NCBI GenBank assembly: GCA_963669175.1
Contig: OY769902.1
Span: forward strand, 736,001-800,000
Source of the DNA: a bacterium
GTDB taxonomy: Bacteria > Electryoneota > Electryoneia > Electryoneales > Electryoneaceae
Direction: 5' to 3'
DNA: 64,000 nucleotides
Numbering within the stretch: the stretch's first letter is position 1; each line of letters begins with the position of its first letter. Shown here piece after piece: positions 29,500 to 40,202 of this stretch. The notes below the pieces were generated by a model. The model made no database searches. It was not told where the DNA came from and saw only the letters and a list, made by a program, of their open reading frames with translations. Made by a program: the position numbers and the translations under genes.

Positions 29500-29637
29500 T
29501 CACGGACCCCAAGGATCCGGTTCGTCGCTGAAAAGACGAGCCTCAACGCGTCCCTCTTCCAGAATCTTCGGTGGTTCCCACTTGGGTTCCTGAGGGTCGT
29601 TGGACAAGTCCTGTGTCATGTCTTTTTCGTTCTTCAT
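29500..29637 (-). CDS. Putative RiPP precursor peptide, 45 aa, with a lasso-type leader
   Basis: Translated by hand: MKNEKDMTQDLSNDPQEPKWEPPKILEEGRVEARLFSDEPDPWGP. AAGGAG RBS at 29646-29651. W-x-x-P-x-I-x-x-x-G leader motif, upstream of the RRE gene. Confidence 0.75.
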   Translation of the reverse strand: MKNEKDMTQDLSNDPQEPKWEPPKILEEGRVEARLFSDEPDPWGP

Positions 29638-29681
29638 CAAACTGACTCCTTCTATCCTGCTTCACTTACTGACGTTGTTGC

Positions 29682-31787
<2,106 letters not shown>

Positions 31788-31790
31788 TTA

Positions 31791-32189
31791 TCACCTGGTC
31801 AACATCACCTCTCGAACCGTATTCTCTCGCGTAGCCAGATTAATCTTGTCCATCAATTCCTGCCGCATATAGTGAAGCTGGTGTCGCCAGCTATCATCCA
31901 ACACTTTTACTGTCAAACGTCCACGTTCAAGCTTTTCCGGAATAGTCACCCGCGCTATCGCATGTCCTACTATCTCTTCCCAATGAAGGAACAGATGTAC
32001 ATCTGTCAGCTTCTTCTCGTATCCGGCTTCCTGGATAAAATCTTTTATCGCATCATCAATATGAAATGTTTTATTTCTACGGGTGCTGTTAGCAGTGCCT
32101 GGTCCCGCACCAAACTTTTTATTCTTTCTCTGCTTGTATTTCCGTTCTGTTTCGGAAACTTCCCACGCTGTTCTATTCTTGAATAGCAT
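31791..32189 (-). CDS. DUF721 / DciA-family protein
   Basis: WEEIVGHAIARVT...LTVKV..DSWRHQL pattern, in the usual position before gyrB. Confidence 0.85.
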   Translation of the reverse strand: MLFKNRTAWEVSETERKYKQRKNKKFGAGPGTANSTRRNKTFHIDDAIKDFIQEAGYEKKLTDVHLFLHWEEIVGHAIARVTIPEKLERGRLTVKVLDDSWRHQLHYMRQELMDKINLATRENTVREVMLTR

Positions 32190-32197
32190 ATGTCAGA

Positions 32198-33310
32198 TCA
32201 GGACAGCCGTACCGGCATGATCAGCATCAGGAAGTCTTCACCCTCTTCCTGTTCCATCGGCTTGACTATACCTGCCTGTTTTGGTCCACCCAGTTCAAAA
32301 CGAACATCATCTGTCTTGACATGCTTCATCAATTCCAGGATATACATGGAATTGTAGCCGATTGTCTTTTCTTCGCCATCATATTGCGCCTGGATAGCTT
32401 CGTTACCGCGACCGCCCAATTCAATGTCCTCGGCACGAATTTCCAGTAAACCGGGTGTGATATGAAATACAACCTGGCGTCCGATAGGATTGGCAAAAAT
32501 CTGCACACGCTTCACTGCCTGCGCCAATGCCTGAACACTGACAGACATGGTTGTATCGTTATTGGTCGGAATCACACTTTCGTAGTGCGGATATTTACCC
32601 TCGATCAGGCGGCTGAAGATGGTTGTGTTCTCTAGCTTCACTTCAAGCTGAGTTTCACCGATAATGCACTTCACAGCGCCATCATCGGGCAGGTTACGCT
32701 TGATAAGATCCAGCGCCTTGACCGGAACAATAAGTTCACGCGGGTCGCCTTCAAACTTGAAGGTCTTGTCTACAACCTTGACCAGACGGTGACCATCCGT
32801 AGACACTGCACGCATCTCGCTGTTTCTGATCTGCATGAAAACACCGGTCAGCGCGGGACGCAATTCATCACGTGAAACAGCGAAGATGGTACGCTGAATC
32901 AGAGAATCCAGCTTGCCAACATTCAGATCCAGCTCGGTAGCGCCTTCAAATTCCGGCAGTACCGGGAATTCCTGCGCTGAAATACCCGGAACCAGATACT
33001 TACCTTTTCCGGCCTCAATGCTGAGGTTCAGGCTGTCATCTTTGACAAAAGTCAGATCAAGCCCATCAAGTTCACGTGTGATGTCCCCGATTTTCTTGGC
33101 AGGAACACAAAGGTTTCCATCTTCTGCTCCCTGGACAGTCACTTCCGTGAGAACAGAAATCTCCAGGTCGGTAGCCACCAGCGTCAGTGTATTCCCTTCC
33201 AGTCGCAATAACACATTGGAAAGAATTGGCAACGTGGTCTTCGTAGGCACTGCTGGAGCGACGCGGTTAAAGGCGTCAGCAAAATCCGTTTGGGCGACGG
33301 TGAATTGCAT
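32198..33310 (-). CDS. dnaN: DNA polymerase III beta sliding clamp
   Basis: LPILSNVLL, ATDLEIS, STDGHRL, SRLIEGKYP, LIMPVR. Confidence 0.98.
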   Translation of the reverse strand: MQFTVAQTDFADAFNRVAPAVPTKTTLPILSNVLLRLEGNTLTLVATDLEISVLTEVTVQGAEDGNLCVPAKKIGDITRELDGLDLTFVKDDSLNLSIEAGKGKYLVPGISAQEFPVLPEFEGATELDLNVGKLDSLIQRTIFAVSRDELRPALTGVFMQIRNSEMRAVSTDGHRLVKVVDKTFKFEGDPRELIVPVKALDLIKRNLPDDGAVKCIIGETQLEVKLENTTIFSRLIEGKYPHYESVIPTNNDTTMSVSVQALAQAVKRVQIFANPIGRQVVFHITPGLLEIRAEDIELGGRGNEAIQAQYDGEEKTIGYNSMYILELMKHVKTDDVRFELGGPKQAGIVKPMEQEEGEDFLMLIMPVRLS

Positions 33311-33394
33311 GGTTCCTCTCTTCGGTTATGATGGGTTGAACCGGTCCGCAACGTATTTAAACAAGTAAGTGTGAAAAACTCGTTGTTTTTTTTG

Positions 33395-33600
33395 TTCTGT
33401 GAATATCGTGAGAAACTCAAACCAAAATCAAGAAAATCAAGTATTTTTTTCGAAAATTTTGAGTGAATAACTTGTGAGTATTGTAATTCTTATTCACTCA
33501 GTAGTCAGTGGATAACCTAAAAACTCCGATTTATTCACTGTAGTTTACAGTTATTCACAAACAGTTAGAATAACCCTGTGAATAATTCTGGCTAAGTTAT
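33395..33600. promoter_or_regulatory. Probable oriC: DnaA-box cluster between dnaA and dnaN
   Basis: AT-rich, with TTAT(T/C)CAC(A/T) boxes on either strand at 33462, 33490, 33507, 33531, 33551 and 33577. Confidence 0.85.
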
Positions 33601-33746
33601 AGCTAAATCATTAGAAAACTGAGTTTCCGAATATATGAAATCCGAGAGTCAGGGTCAATGCAGAGAGACAGCCGAGCCTGTAATACAGTGAAATATCTAC
33701 CGGGGTTAACAGCCTGAAATTTCAGAACAAGAAGACTTCCAAGAAA

Positions 33747-35186
33747 TCAGGAAGCAAGTTCTAAAAAATGTGCGAGTTGCTGGTAAACAGTAGAAAACTC
33801 GGGGTCTTGCTTAATCCACTTGGTTACTGATTTTTTCGCATGCAACACAGTTGTATGATCTTTCCCGCCGAATTTTCCACCGATCTGCTTCAACGAAAAA
33901 GATGTATACATGGTCGCTAATGCCATAGCAACCATACGTGCTTTGGCAATCGGTTGTGTCCTTGTTTTTGCCAACAATAAATCCGCAGGGACACGATAAT
34001 GATCGGCTACCACACGCTGAATCGTTTCTATCGAAACCTTGCGCTCGGTCGTGTCAATCAAATCCGATAATGCCTCGCGGGCGGAATCCTTGTCAAACTT
34101 CTGGCCGGTCAACGTATTAAGCGCCAGTAAACGAACAACAGCGCCACGCAGATCACGGACATTTTTAGTAAAATGTTCAGCAATAAACTCGTAGACTTCG
34201 GTCTGTAGTAAACCGTCTTCCTGTTCCGCAATACTCTGTGCGATAGCGATCCGGGTATCAAAATCAGGCGGACCAATATCACAGACAAGACCCCAGCCGA
34301 ATCGACTGACCAGACGTTCGTCCAGACCATCCAGATCTCGAGGGGGACGGTCTGAACTCAATACGATCTGTTTTCCTGATTGATGCAGATAATTGAACAG
34401 GTGGAAGAACTCAAACTGGGTACGGTCCCTTTCCGCCAGGAACTGCACATCGTCCAGCAAAAGAAGATCAACACGCTGGTAACGCTGGTTGAACTCGCCG
34501 GCTCTGTTTTGCCTGATTGATTCAACAAAATCCTGGGTAAAACGCTGACTGCTGAGGTAAAGCACATGCAGCGAAGGATCCTTTTTCAACGCTTCATGAC
34601 CTATTGCCTGCAACAGGTGAGTTTTTCCCAGACCGACACCACCGTACACCAGTAATGGATTATAAGCCGTTCTGCCCGGAGAGTTGCCAACAGCATAACT
34701 GGCAGCACGTGCAAAGCTGTTCTGTGGGCCTTCAATGTAGTTTTCAAACAGGTATCGTGGGTTCAGACTTCCGTTCTTCTTTATTTTCGGAACTGAAGCC
34801 TGTATGTTTTGCTGCAAGTCTTGTGGTATTGGTGTTGTTGCGTGAATCGGCTCTTCACGGGAATCGCCGTTTGTGTTTAGAATGTATTGCAGGTTAGTTT
34901 CTGAGCCGAGATTCTCCTGAAGGATCGAGTCCAGCAGGGAACCATAGTGTTCTTCAATCCATTCGAAATAGAAACGATTTGGAACAACGATTGACAATGT
35001 CTTCTCAGTAAACCCTATCGGCCGAATGGAAGAAAACCAGGTCTGAAATGCCTGCGCGGGCACTTTTGGCTTGATTTCAGCACAAAGCCCTTCCCAGGCG
35101 GTAATTGCTTCGGGACTGGATTCTCCATTCACGGGTTTAGACAGGAGTTTTCTGGAAGCAGCAAATAGTGTTTCGTTCATGGTCAA
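33747..35186 (-). CDS. dnaA: Chromosomal replication initiator DnaA
   Basis: YNPLLVYGGVGLGKTHLL, LLLDDVQF, RLVSRFGWGL, GGKDHTTVLHA. Confidence 0.98.
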   Translation of the reverse strand: MTMNETLFAASRKLLSKPVNGESSPEAITAWEGLCAEIKPKVPAQAFQTWFSSIRPIGFTEKTLSIVVPNRFYFEWIEEHYGSLLDSILQENLGSETNLQYILNTNGDSREEPIHATTPIPQDLQQNIQASVPKIKKNGSLNPRYLFENYIEGPQNSFARAASYAVGNSPGRTAYNPLLVYGGVGLGKTHLLQAIGHEALKKDPSLHVLYLSSQRFTQDFVESIRQNRAGEFNQRYQRVDLLLLDDVQFLAERDRTQFEFFHLFNYLHQSGKQIVLSSDRPPRDLDGLDERLVSRFGWGLVCDIGPPDFDTRIAIAQSIAEQEDGLLQTEVYEFIAEHFTKNVRDLRGAVVRLLALNTLTGQKFDKDSAREALSDLIDTTERKVSIETIQRVVADHYRVPADLLLAKTRTQPIAKARMVAMALATMYTSFSLKQIGGKFGGKDHTTVLHAKKSVTKWIKQDPEFSTVYQQLAHFLELAS

Positions 35187-35192
35187 TGGTGT

Positions 35193-35298
35193 TTACTCAC
35201 TGTGGACAAAAAACGACAGAGCATCTGAATAAGTCGTTAAAACAGGTTAAAAAACTTGAATTTCGTGTTGTCCAGGTTGTGGGTAAGTCTGTGAATAA
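35193..35298. promoter_or_regulatory. DnaA boxes upstream of dnaA
   Basis: TGTGGACAA at 35201, TGTGGGTAA at 35278, TGTGAATAA at 35290. Confidence 0.65.
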
Positions 35299-35859
35299 AA
35301 TCTCTAAAAACCTTGATAACACATAAATTGAGCCGAACAGACTCTATATACGAGTTCACTCTTCGGTGAGTCAAGTGAGAAACCCGGCTGAACAAAATCC
35401 AAACATAAAAATTTCACCGAATCGCCTGAGTTAGAACAGCTTCTCAGATTATCAAAGGGAATACAATGCCCTCCGTTTCTTGCTTTGTCTCCAGAGCGTG
35501 GAAGACAATTGTTTTCTCGTAAGAAACTGTTTAAAAATGATGAGCAATGCGAAGTTTAATAAATTCAGCTAACAGTAGAAATAATAACAGAAATACTATC
35601 TTACAAAATATAAATAAGTTATGGAAGGAGTGATTGATCAATATGATCAAGAACACTAATCACTGATGGATAGAGTGTATATAATAACCGTTTTTCTGAC
35701 AAATCATGCAGAATCAAGGAATTAAAAATTTGACACACTAATTAAACTATTGTCTCATACAAGTGTCCAAACTTATGTACAAACATCATTGACTTTGCCC
35801 ATCAAGATTCACTGGAAAAATTGGGCATGATTCAGCTTACATGGCATGGAGGTGTTGTC

Positions 35860-37413
35860 GTGGTGTCGCAACAGGAACTGGCCGCTCAGGTACTGCATCA
35901 ATCAGAAAAACTAACCGCCACGTTAGGTATCGAAGAAAGGTGGCCGGTAGAACTCCTTGAGTATGTTGTTAAGTATGTCAATGCAGAAACAGGCATCTTG
36001 TTCGAAGTAGACAAAGCGAGTGGTTTACTTCGAGTTCGAGATACCTTTGGTCCGGTATCGGGAATGATGGAAAAGGAAATCAGCAAGATAGCTTCTCACC
36101 AGGTTCACAATCCCATGGACTTCTCCAGGTGGATGTTCACTGAATCGGCTGCACATCATTCCCAGCTTTCCTCCCTGAAAAGTGTACAAAATGGATTGAT
36201 CAGCAAACTGATCATTATTCCTCTCGTGCTGGTTAAGGATGAGCAGGCTGTGGGCGCACTTTACCTTGGGTCCGGTTCAGATCAAATGCTCCTTGATGAG
36301 GGAATAGAACGCATCCTGATTTCGCTATCCGGTCACTTCGGGGAATTATTCCGTATTCATCGGTCTCACCTTGCCCTGTTACGACAGAAATCGGATTTAT
36401 CAGAATCAGCCCCTGCGGGATCAGAAGCAATTGTCATCCCGGGGACCAGTAATTATGCACAAGGGCTGGAACGCGGAGCAAGGATCCTGGCAGATGCGCC
36501 TGTCACTTTGTGTCTGATCGGAGAAGCAGGCACCGGAAAACAGGAGCTTGCAAGGCAATTACACACGTGTAGTATCAGGCGTGATAAAAAGCTGATAGAC
36601 CTGAATATACAATTTGGCGCTAAAGAAGATCATCAGGCTTATATTTTCGGAACAACAAAAGGGCGGCCTTTTCCCGGAATATTACGAGAGTTACAGGGAG
36701 GGACTCTGGTTCTGCACCATATTGATCATATGTCCAGGTCTTTACAGAAGAAAATTGTGAATGTCCTGCAATCCGGTAAAGCGCAGTCAATAGGGGCAAA
36801 ACGAACCTACGCAGTAGATTTCCGCCTGATTGTATCGATAGAAGGAAAACTGGAGGATTTTGATTCAATATCTTCTCTGGATCCTTCGATGAAATTGTTA
36901 TTAAGCCTGTACCTTGTACACCTTGAGGTTTTACGCAACAGGCTGGAAGATATTCCGGAGCTGGTTGATTTCTTTGTGAAACAGGCGAACCGGAAATTTG
37001 GCAAGAGCATTCGTCATGTTCATCCGGAAATACTTGATGCGCTGTCCAGGTGGCACTGGCCCGGGAATCTCTCCGAATTGAAAAAGGAAGTCTTTGATGC
37101 TGTATTGCGTTCGCCCTCCTACAGGGACGAGTTGCGTATCAACGATCTTCATCAGCGCTTTTCAACCTTTTCTCTCCAGTCTATAGACCTGCTGTCGGAA
37201 GAGGGAAATACGTTAAAACAACAGATGGAAGCGGTGGAAAAGCAGATTATTGTAGCGCGTCTGGAAGCGACAGACCATAATCAATCCCTGGCCGCACGGC
37301 AACTGGGATTAAGTCGTCAATCCCTGATAAACAAGATGAACCGCTACGGAATCAAAAGTGGGCGTGAAGAGGCAAAGAAAAGGCGCGAGCTGGAGCAGAC
37401 AGCCAATCTATAA
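35860..37413 (+). CDS. GAF + AAA (sigma54-activator-like) + Fis-HTH regulator with degenerate motifs
   Basis: GEAGTGK, WPGNLSEL, NQSLAARQLGLSRQSL. GAFTGA is absent. The start is uncertain (GGAGG precedes GTG 35860). Confidence 0.85.
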   Translation: MVSQQELAAQVLHQSEKLTATLGIEERWPVELLEYVVKYVNAETGILFEVDKASGLLRVRDTFGPVSGMMEKEISKIASHQVHNPMDFSRWMFTESAAHHSQLSSLKSVQNGLISKLIIIPLVLVKDEQAVGALYLGSGSDQMLLDEGIERILISLSGHFGELFRIHRSHLALLRQKSDLSESAPAGSEAIVIPGTSNYAQGLERGARILADAPVTLCLIGEAGTGKQELARQLHTCSIRRDKKLIDLNIQFGAKEDHQAYIFGTTKGRPFPGILRELQGGTLVLHHIDHMSRSLQKKIVNVLQSGKAQSIGAKRTYAVDFRLIVSIEGKLEDFDSISSLDPSMKLLLSLYLVHLEVLRNRLEDIPELVDFFVKQANRKFGKSIRHVHPEILDALSRWHWPGNLSELKKEVFDAVLRSPSYRDELRINDLHQRFSTFSLQSIDLLSEEGNTLKQQMEAVEKQIIVARLEATDHNQSLAARQLGLSRQSLINKMNRYGIKSGREEAKKRRELEQTANL

Positions 37414-37519
37414 TTGTGTTGCAAAGAGCGGAAACAAATAGGAACGAATCAGTGATGATCCGTCCCATTTTTTTACAGCAAAACAAGTGTAACCTGAAAA
37501 TGCCACTGTAAGTCTATGA

Positions 37520-38170
37520 TCAATCCAACGCCGTCAATCCTTCACGAATCGCATATTTGGTCAGTTCGGCAACGCTGCGTATTTCGAGCTTGTCCATGAT
37601 CTGCTTGCGATGAGTTTCGATGGTTTTCACACTGACTTTCAGCAGTTCAGCGATCTGGCGCGTCGATTTTCCTTCCGCGAGAAGCTGCAGCACTTCACGT
37701 TCGCGTGGGCTCAAAACAGTAAACGCGGAAGCGCCGCCTTTCTTGACCATCTGGATATACTCTTTCAGGATGATATCGTTGATTTTACTGCTCAGGTAAA
37801 CCTGGTCTTCCTGCACCTTGCGGATCACCTGTACAAGTTCTTCAAACGCGGAATCCTTCAGCAGGTAACCGGCGGCGCCAGCCTTTAATCCTTCTACGAC
37901 AAAGCGACGATCCGAGTGCATGGACAGCATAATCACCTTGGCATAGGGAAAGTCATTGCTGATTTTCCGTGTCGCCTCAATGCCATTCAGTTCCGGCATG
38001 GATATGTCCATGATCACCACGTCCGGCTCAAGCTCTTCCACCAGCTTGATTGTGGTGAGTCCGTCTTCCGCTTCGCCCACGACTTCAATATCGGAATGAC
38101 GCTGAAGTAGAGTACGAAGGCCGTCACGAAACATCTTATGATCGTCTGCTATGACTACCCTTGTAGGCAT
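37520..38170 (-). CDS. NarL/LuxR-family response regulator
   Basis: ADDH, MDISMP, LSPREREVL, SVKTIETHR. Confidence 0.95.
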   Translation of the reverse strand: MPTRVVIADDHKMFRDGLRTLLQRHSDIEVVGEAEDGLTTIKLVEELEPDVVIMDISMPELNGIEATRKISNDFPYAKVIMLSMHSDRRFVVEGLKAGAAGYLLKDSAFEELVQVIRKVQEDQVYLSSKINDIILKEYIQMVKKGGASAFTVLSPREREVLQLLAEGKSTRQIAELLKVSVKTIETHRKQIMDKLEIRSVAELTKYAIREGLTALD

Positions 38171-38190
38171 ACTTCCTCCCAAAATACCGT

Positions 38191-39393
38191 TCAACAATGA
38201 AGCTGAATGACAACTCGAGTCCCTTGTCCCGGGCTGGAATCTACAATCATCTCGCCACCGAGATGCCTGATACGTTCTCGGATACTGAACAAGCCAAATC
38301 CACCGTCCTCTGAATATGAGGCTTCAAGGCGGTTCACATCAAACCCTATTCCAAAGTCAGTAATAGTTAATTGGAGCATGTTTTCTTCGAGACCTTTGAT
38401 AGAAATCAGAATGTTTTGGCTGTCCGAATGCTTAATAGCATTGGTAACCAGCTCACGCGCTGCGGTGAATAGCATCACCTTGATTTCATCCGGCATTTGT
38501 TTGTGAGTCAGAAATTCTTCAACCCGTATATGTACGCTATATTTACGGGAATACTGCTCGGCCAGCCACTCTAACGCAGAGGTTAAACCAAGGTCGTAGA
38601 GGATAGGAGAGCTGATTTCAAATGTCAGCGTACGTGTATCGCGAATTGTCTGGTTCAGCATATCCAGCGATTCTTCCAGCATGCTTTCCAGACCGGTAAA
38701 CACGGCCTCTCCCTGGAGAGAGGACAGTTTCATCTTGATAAATGCCAGGGACTGTCCGATCCGGTCATGTAACTCGGACGCAATCGCTCGCCGTTGTTGC
38801 TCTTCCGTAAGGGTCAGTTCTGACGCCAGCCGACGAAGCTGATTCTGGTATGCTTCAACTTTAGCCCGGGCCTTATGGTGGTCCTCAATTTCTTCCTGCA
38901 GTGCAAGGTTGGTCTCACGTAATTCTTTCGTCCGTTCCTGCACTTGGATTTCAAGCTGATCGCGGGCAAAGGTCAAGTCATTTTCGTCTCGGACACGCTG
39001 AAAATAGAAATTCAGCATCTCGGCAAGCGAATCAATCAAATGACGTTCTTCCAGCAGGAAAGGCCCTTCATGCGCTTCCGACATTTCCTCCAGATATGCT
39101 ACGGTTATTTGGCCGGTTTCCCCGGAACGAAGTGAAAAGGTTGCTTTCTGGGACCAGGGGGTCTCACGAAAGCCGGGAGAAGCGACCTCTATTTTATCGA
39201 AAAGAATCCTTCCGACAGTTATATGAGGATACTGCCACGCGTTTGGAAGTATATCAACCACTGCACGCACAACTTCAATCGGCTCTTTCTGACGATCCTG
39301 AATGATCCGAGCGGTGTTGTGAAGAGCGGTAAGCTCCTTGATTCGTTCGCCAAGTTCATGCAGCGTACGATCGTTGGGGATGTATTGAGCCAT
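38191..39393 (-). CDS. Cytoplasmic sensor histidine kinase (HisKA_3 family)
   Basis: IASELHDRIGQSL H-box, ELVTNAIKHS, DFGIGF, GFGLFSIRER. Confidence 0.92.
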   Translation of the reverse strand: MAQYIPNDRTLHELGERIKELTALHNTARIIQDRQKEPIEVVRAVVDILPNAWQYPHITVGRILFDKIEVASPGFRETPWSQKATFSLRSGETGQITVAYLEEMSEAHEGPFLLEERHLIDSLAEMLNFYFQRVRDENDLTFARDQLEIQVQERTKELRETNLALQEEIEDHHKARAKVEAYQNQLRRLASELTLTEEQQRRAIASELHDRIGQSLAFIKMKLSSLQGEAVFTGLESMLEESLDMLNQTIRDTRTLTFEISSPILYDLGLTSALEWLAEQYSRKYSVHIRVEEFLTHKQMPDEIKVMLFTAARELVTNAIKHSDSQNILISIKGLEENMLQLTITDFGIGFDVNRLEASYSEDGGFGLFSIRERIRHLGGEMIVDSSPGQGTRVVIQLHC

Positions 39394-39396
39394 GTG

Positions 39397-39840
39397 TTAA
39401 CTTCCGACAGGTTTTACGGTTACTAATCCTGATGATGTATCGAAAATAATTTTCCTACCGATCTTGTCACCGGTTTCGCTATGGGTGATACGTATGCCAT
39501 GTTCTACAAGGAACTGCCTGGCAACATTGATGTTATTGATGCCCACCCAGTCATTCATCTTTGGATGACTCCCGCCTCCCAGTACATGAGCAATCGTTGT
39601 TTTCAGGTTTCCACCGGCGTTTTGAAACTCACGCAACAGTCGTCTCATGGCCGGCTCCCCGTAATTGGCATCGGTCATACCAGGTAACGTCGCATAAGGA
39701 TGAACAAAATGGTTCATTCCACCCAGCTTTTGCGCTTTATCAAAAAGAAGCACGGATACGCAGGATCCCACAACGGTTATAACTTTGGTGGGTTGCAAAG
39801 CAATGTACACTTCACCTGATTTCAGGTATACGGTTTCCAT
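39397..39840 (-). CDS. cheD: CheD-family deamidase
   Basis: TVVGSCVSV, GGMNHF, VGINN, TG..GRKI.F..SSG.V. Confidence 0.85.
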   Translation of the reverse strand: METVYLKSGEVYIALQPTKVITVVGSCVSVLLFDKAQKLGGMNHFVHPYATLPGMTDANYGEPAMRRLLREFQNAGGNLKTTIAHVLGGGSHPKMNDWVGINNINVARQFLVEHGIRITHSETGDKIGRKIIFDTSSGLVTVKPVGS

Positions 39841-40029
39841 GAATTCCGGTAGCTGTTGATCCAGCCACAATATAGCTCATAAAACTCTTGTGAACAAAGG
39901 TTTACTGACATGACGGATTTATGAGATTAATCACGAAACAGCCTGTCCATCGGGGCTGACAAAACAACTTTCCAACTTCAGAAAGATTCAAACAGAAGGA
40001 CTAAACTCTATAATTCAATTAAAATAGAC

Positions 40030-40126
40030 CACCGCCGGGCAGTCACCTTCGCAAGCTACGGCGACTTCAAGCCGGCGGGGCCAATAAATAACTTTGGAAC
40101 TTTCCAACTTTTAAACTTGCCAACTA
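40030..40126. repeat. Palindromic REP-like element followed by an AACTTTNN tandem array
   Basis: CCGCCGG...CCGGCGG stem ending in GGGCCA, then AACTTTGG AACTTTCC AACTTTTA AACTTGCC. Confidence 0.55.
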
Positions 40127-40202
40127 TAAAAAGAGGGACAGATTCGCAAGGAATCTCCCCCTTCAATCAGTATCAACAATCAGTACCAAAACTGTTGTGA
40201 AT

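Noticed and set aside
27085-29637. Complete canonical lasso peptide cluster
   Set aside because: No lasso cyclase or B2 peptidase is in the window, the predicted core is too short, and the -2 Thr is absent.
32864-32879. Third parS site (TTCATCACGTGAAACA)
   Set aside because: Only 13/16, with a broken left half, and inside the dnaN coding sequence.
35764-35788. Solo IS3-like right end (TGTCCAAACT...TCA)
   Set aside because: A 10-nt match to the IS3 IRR only, with no partner end or transposase remnant.
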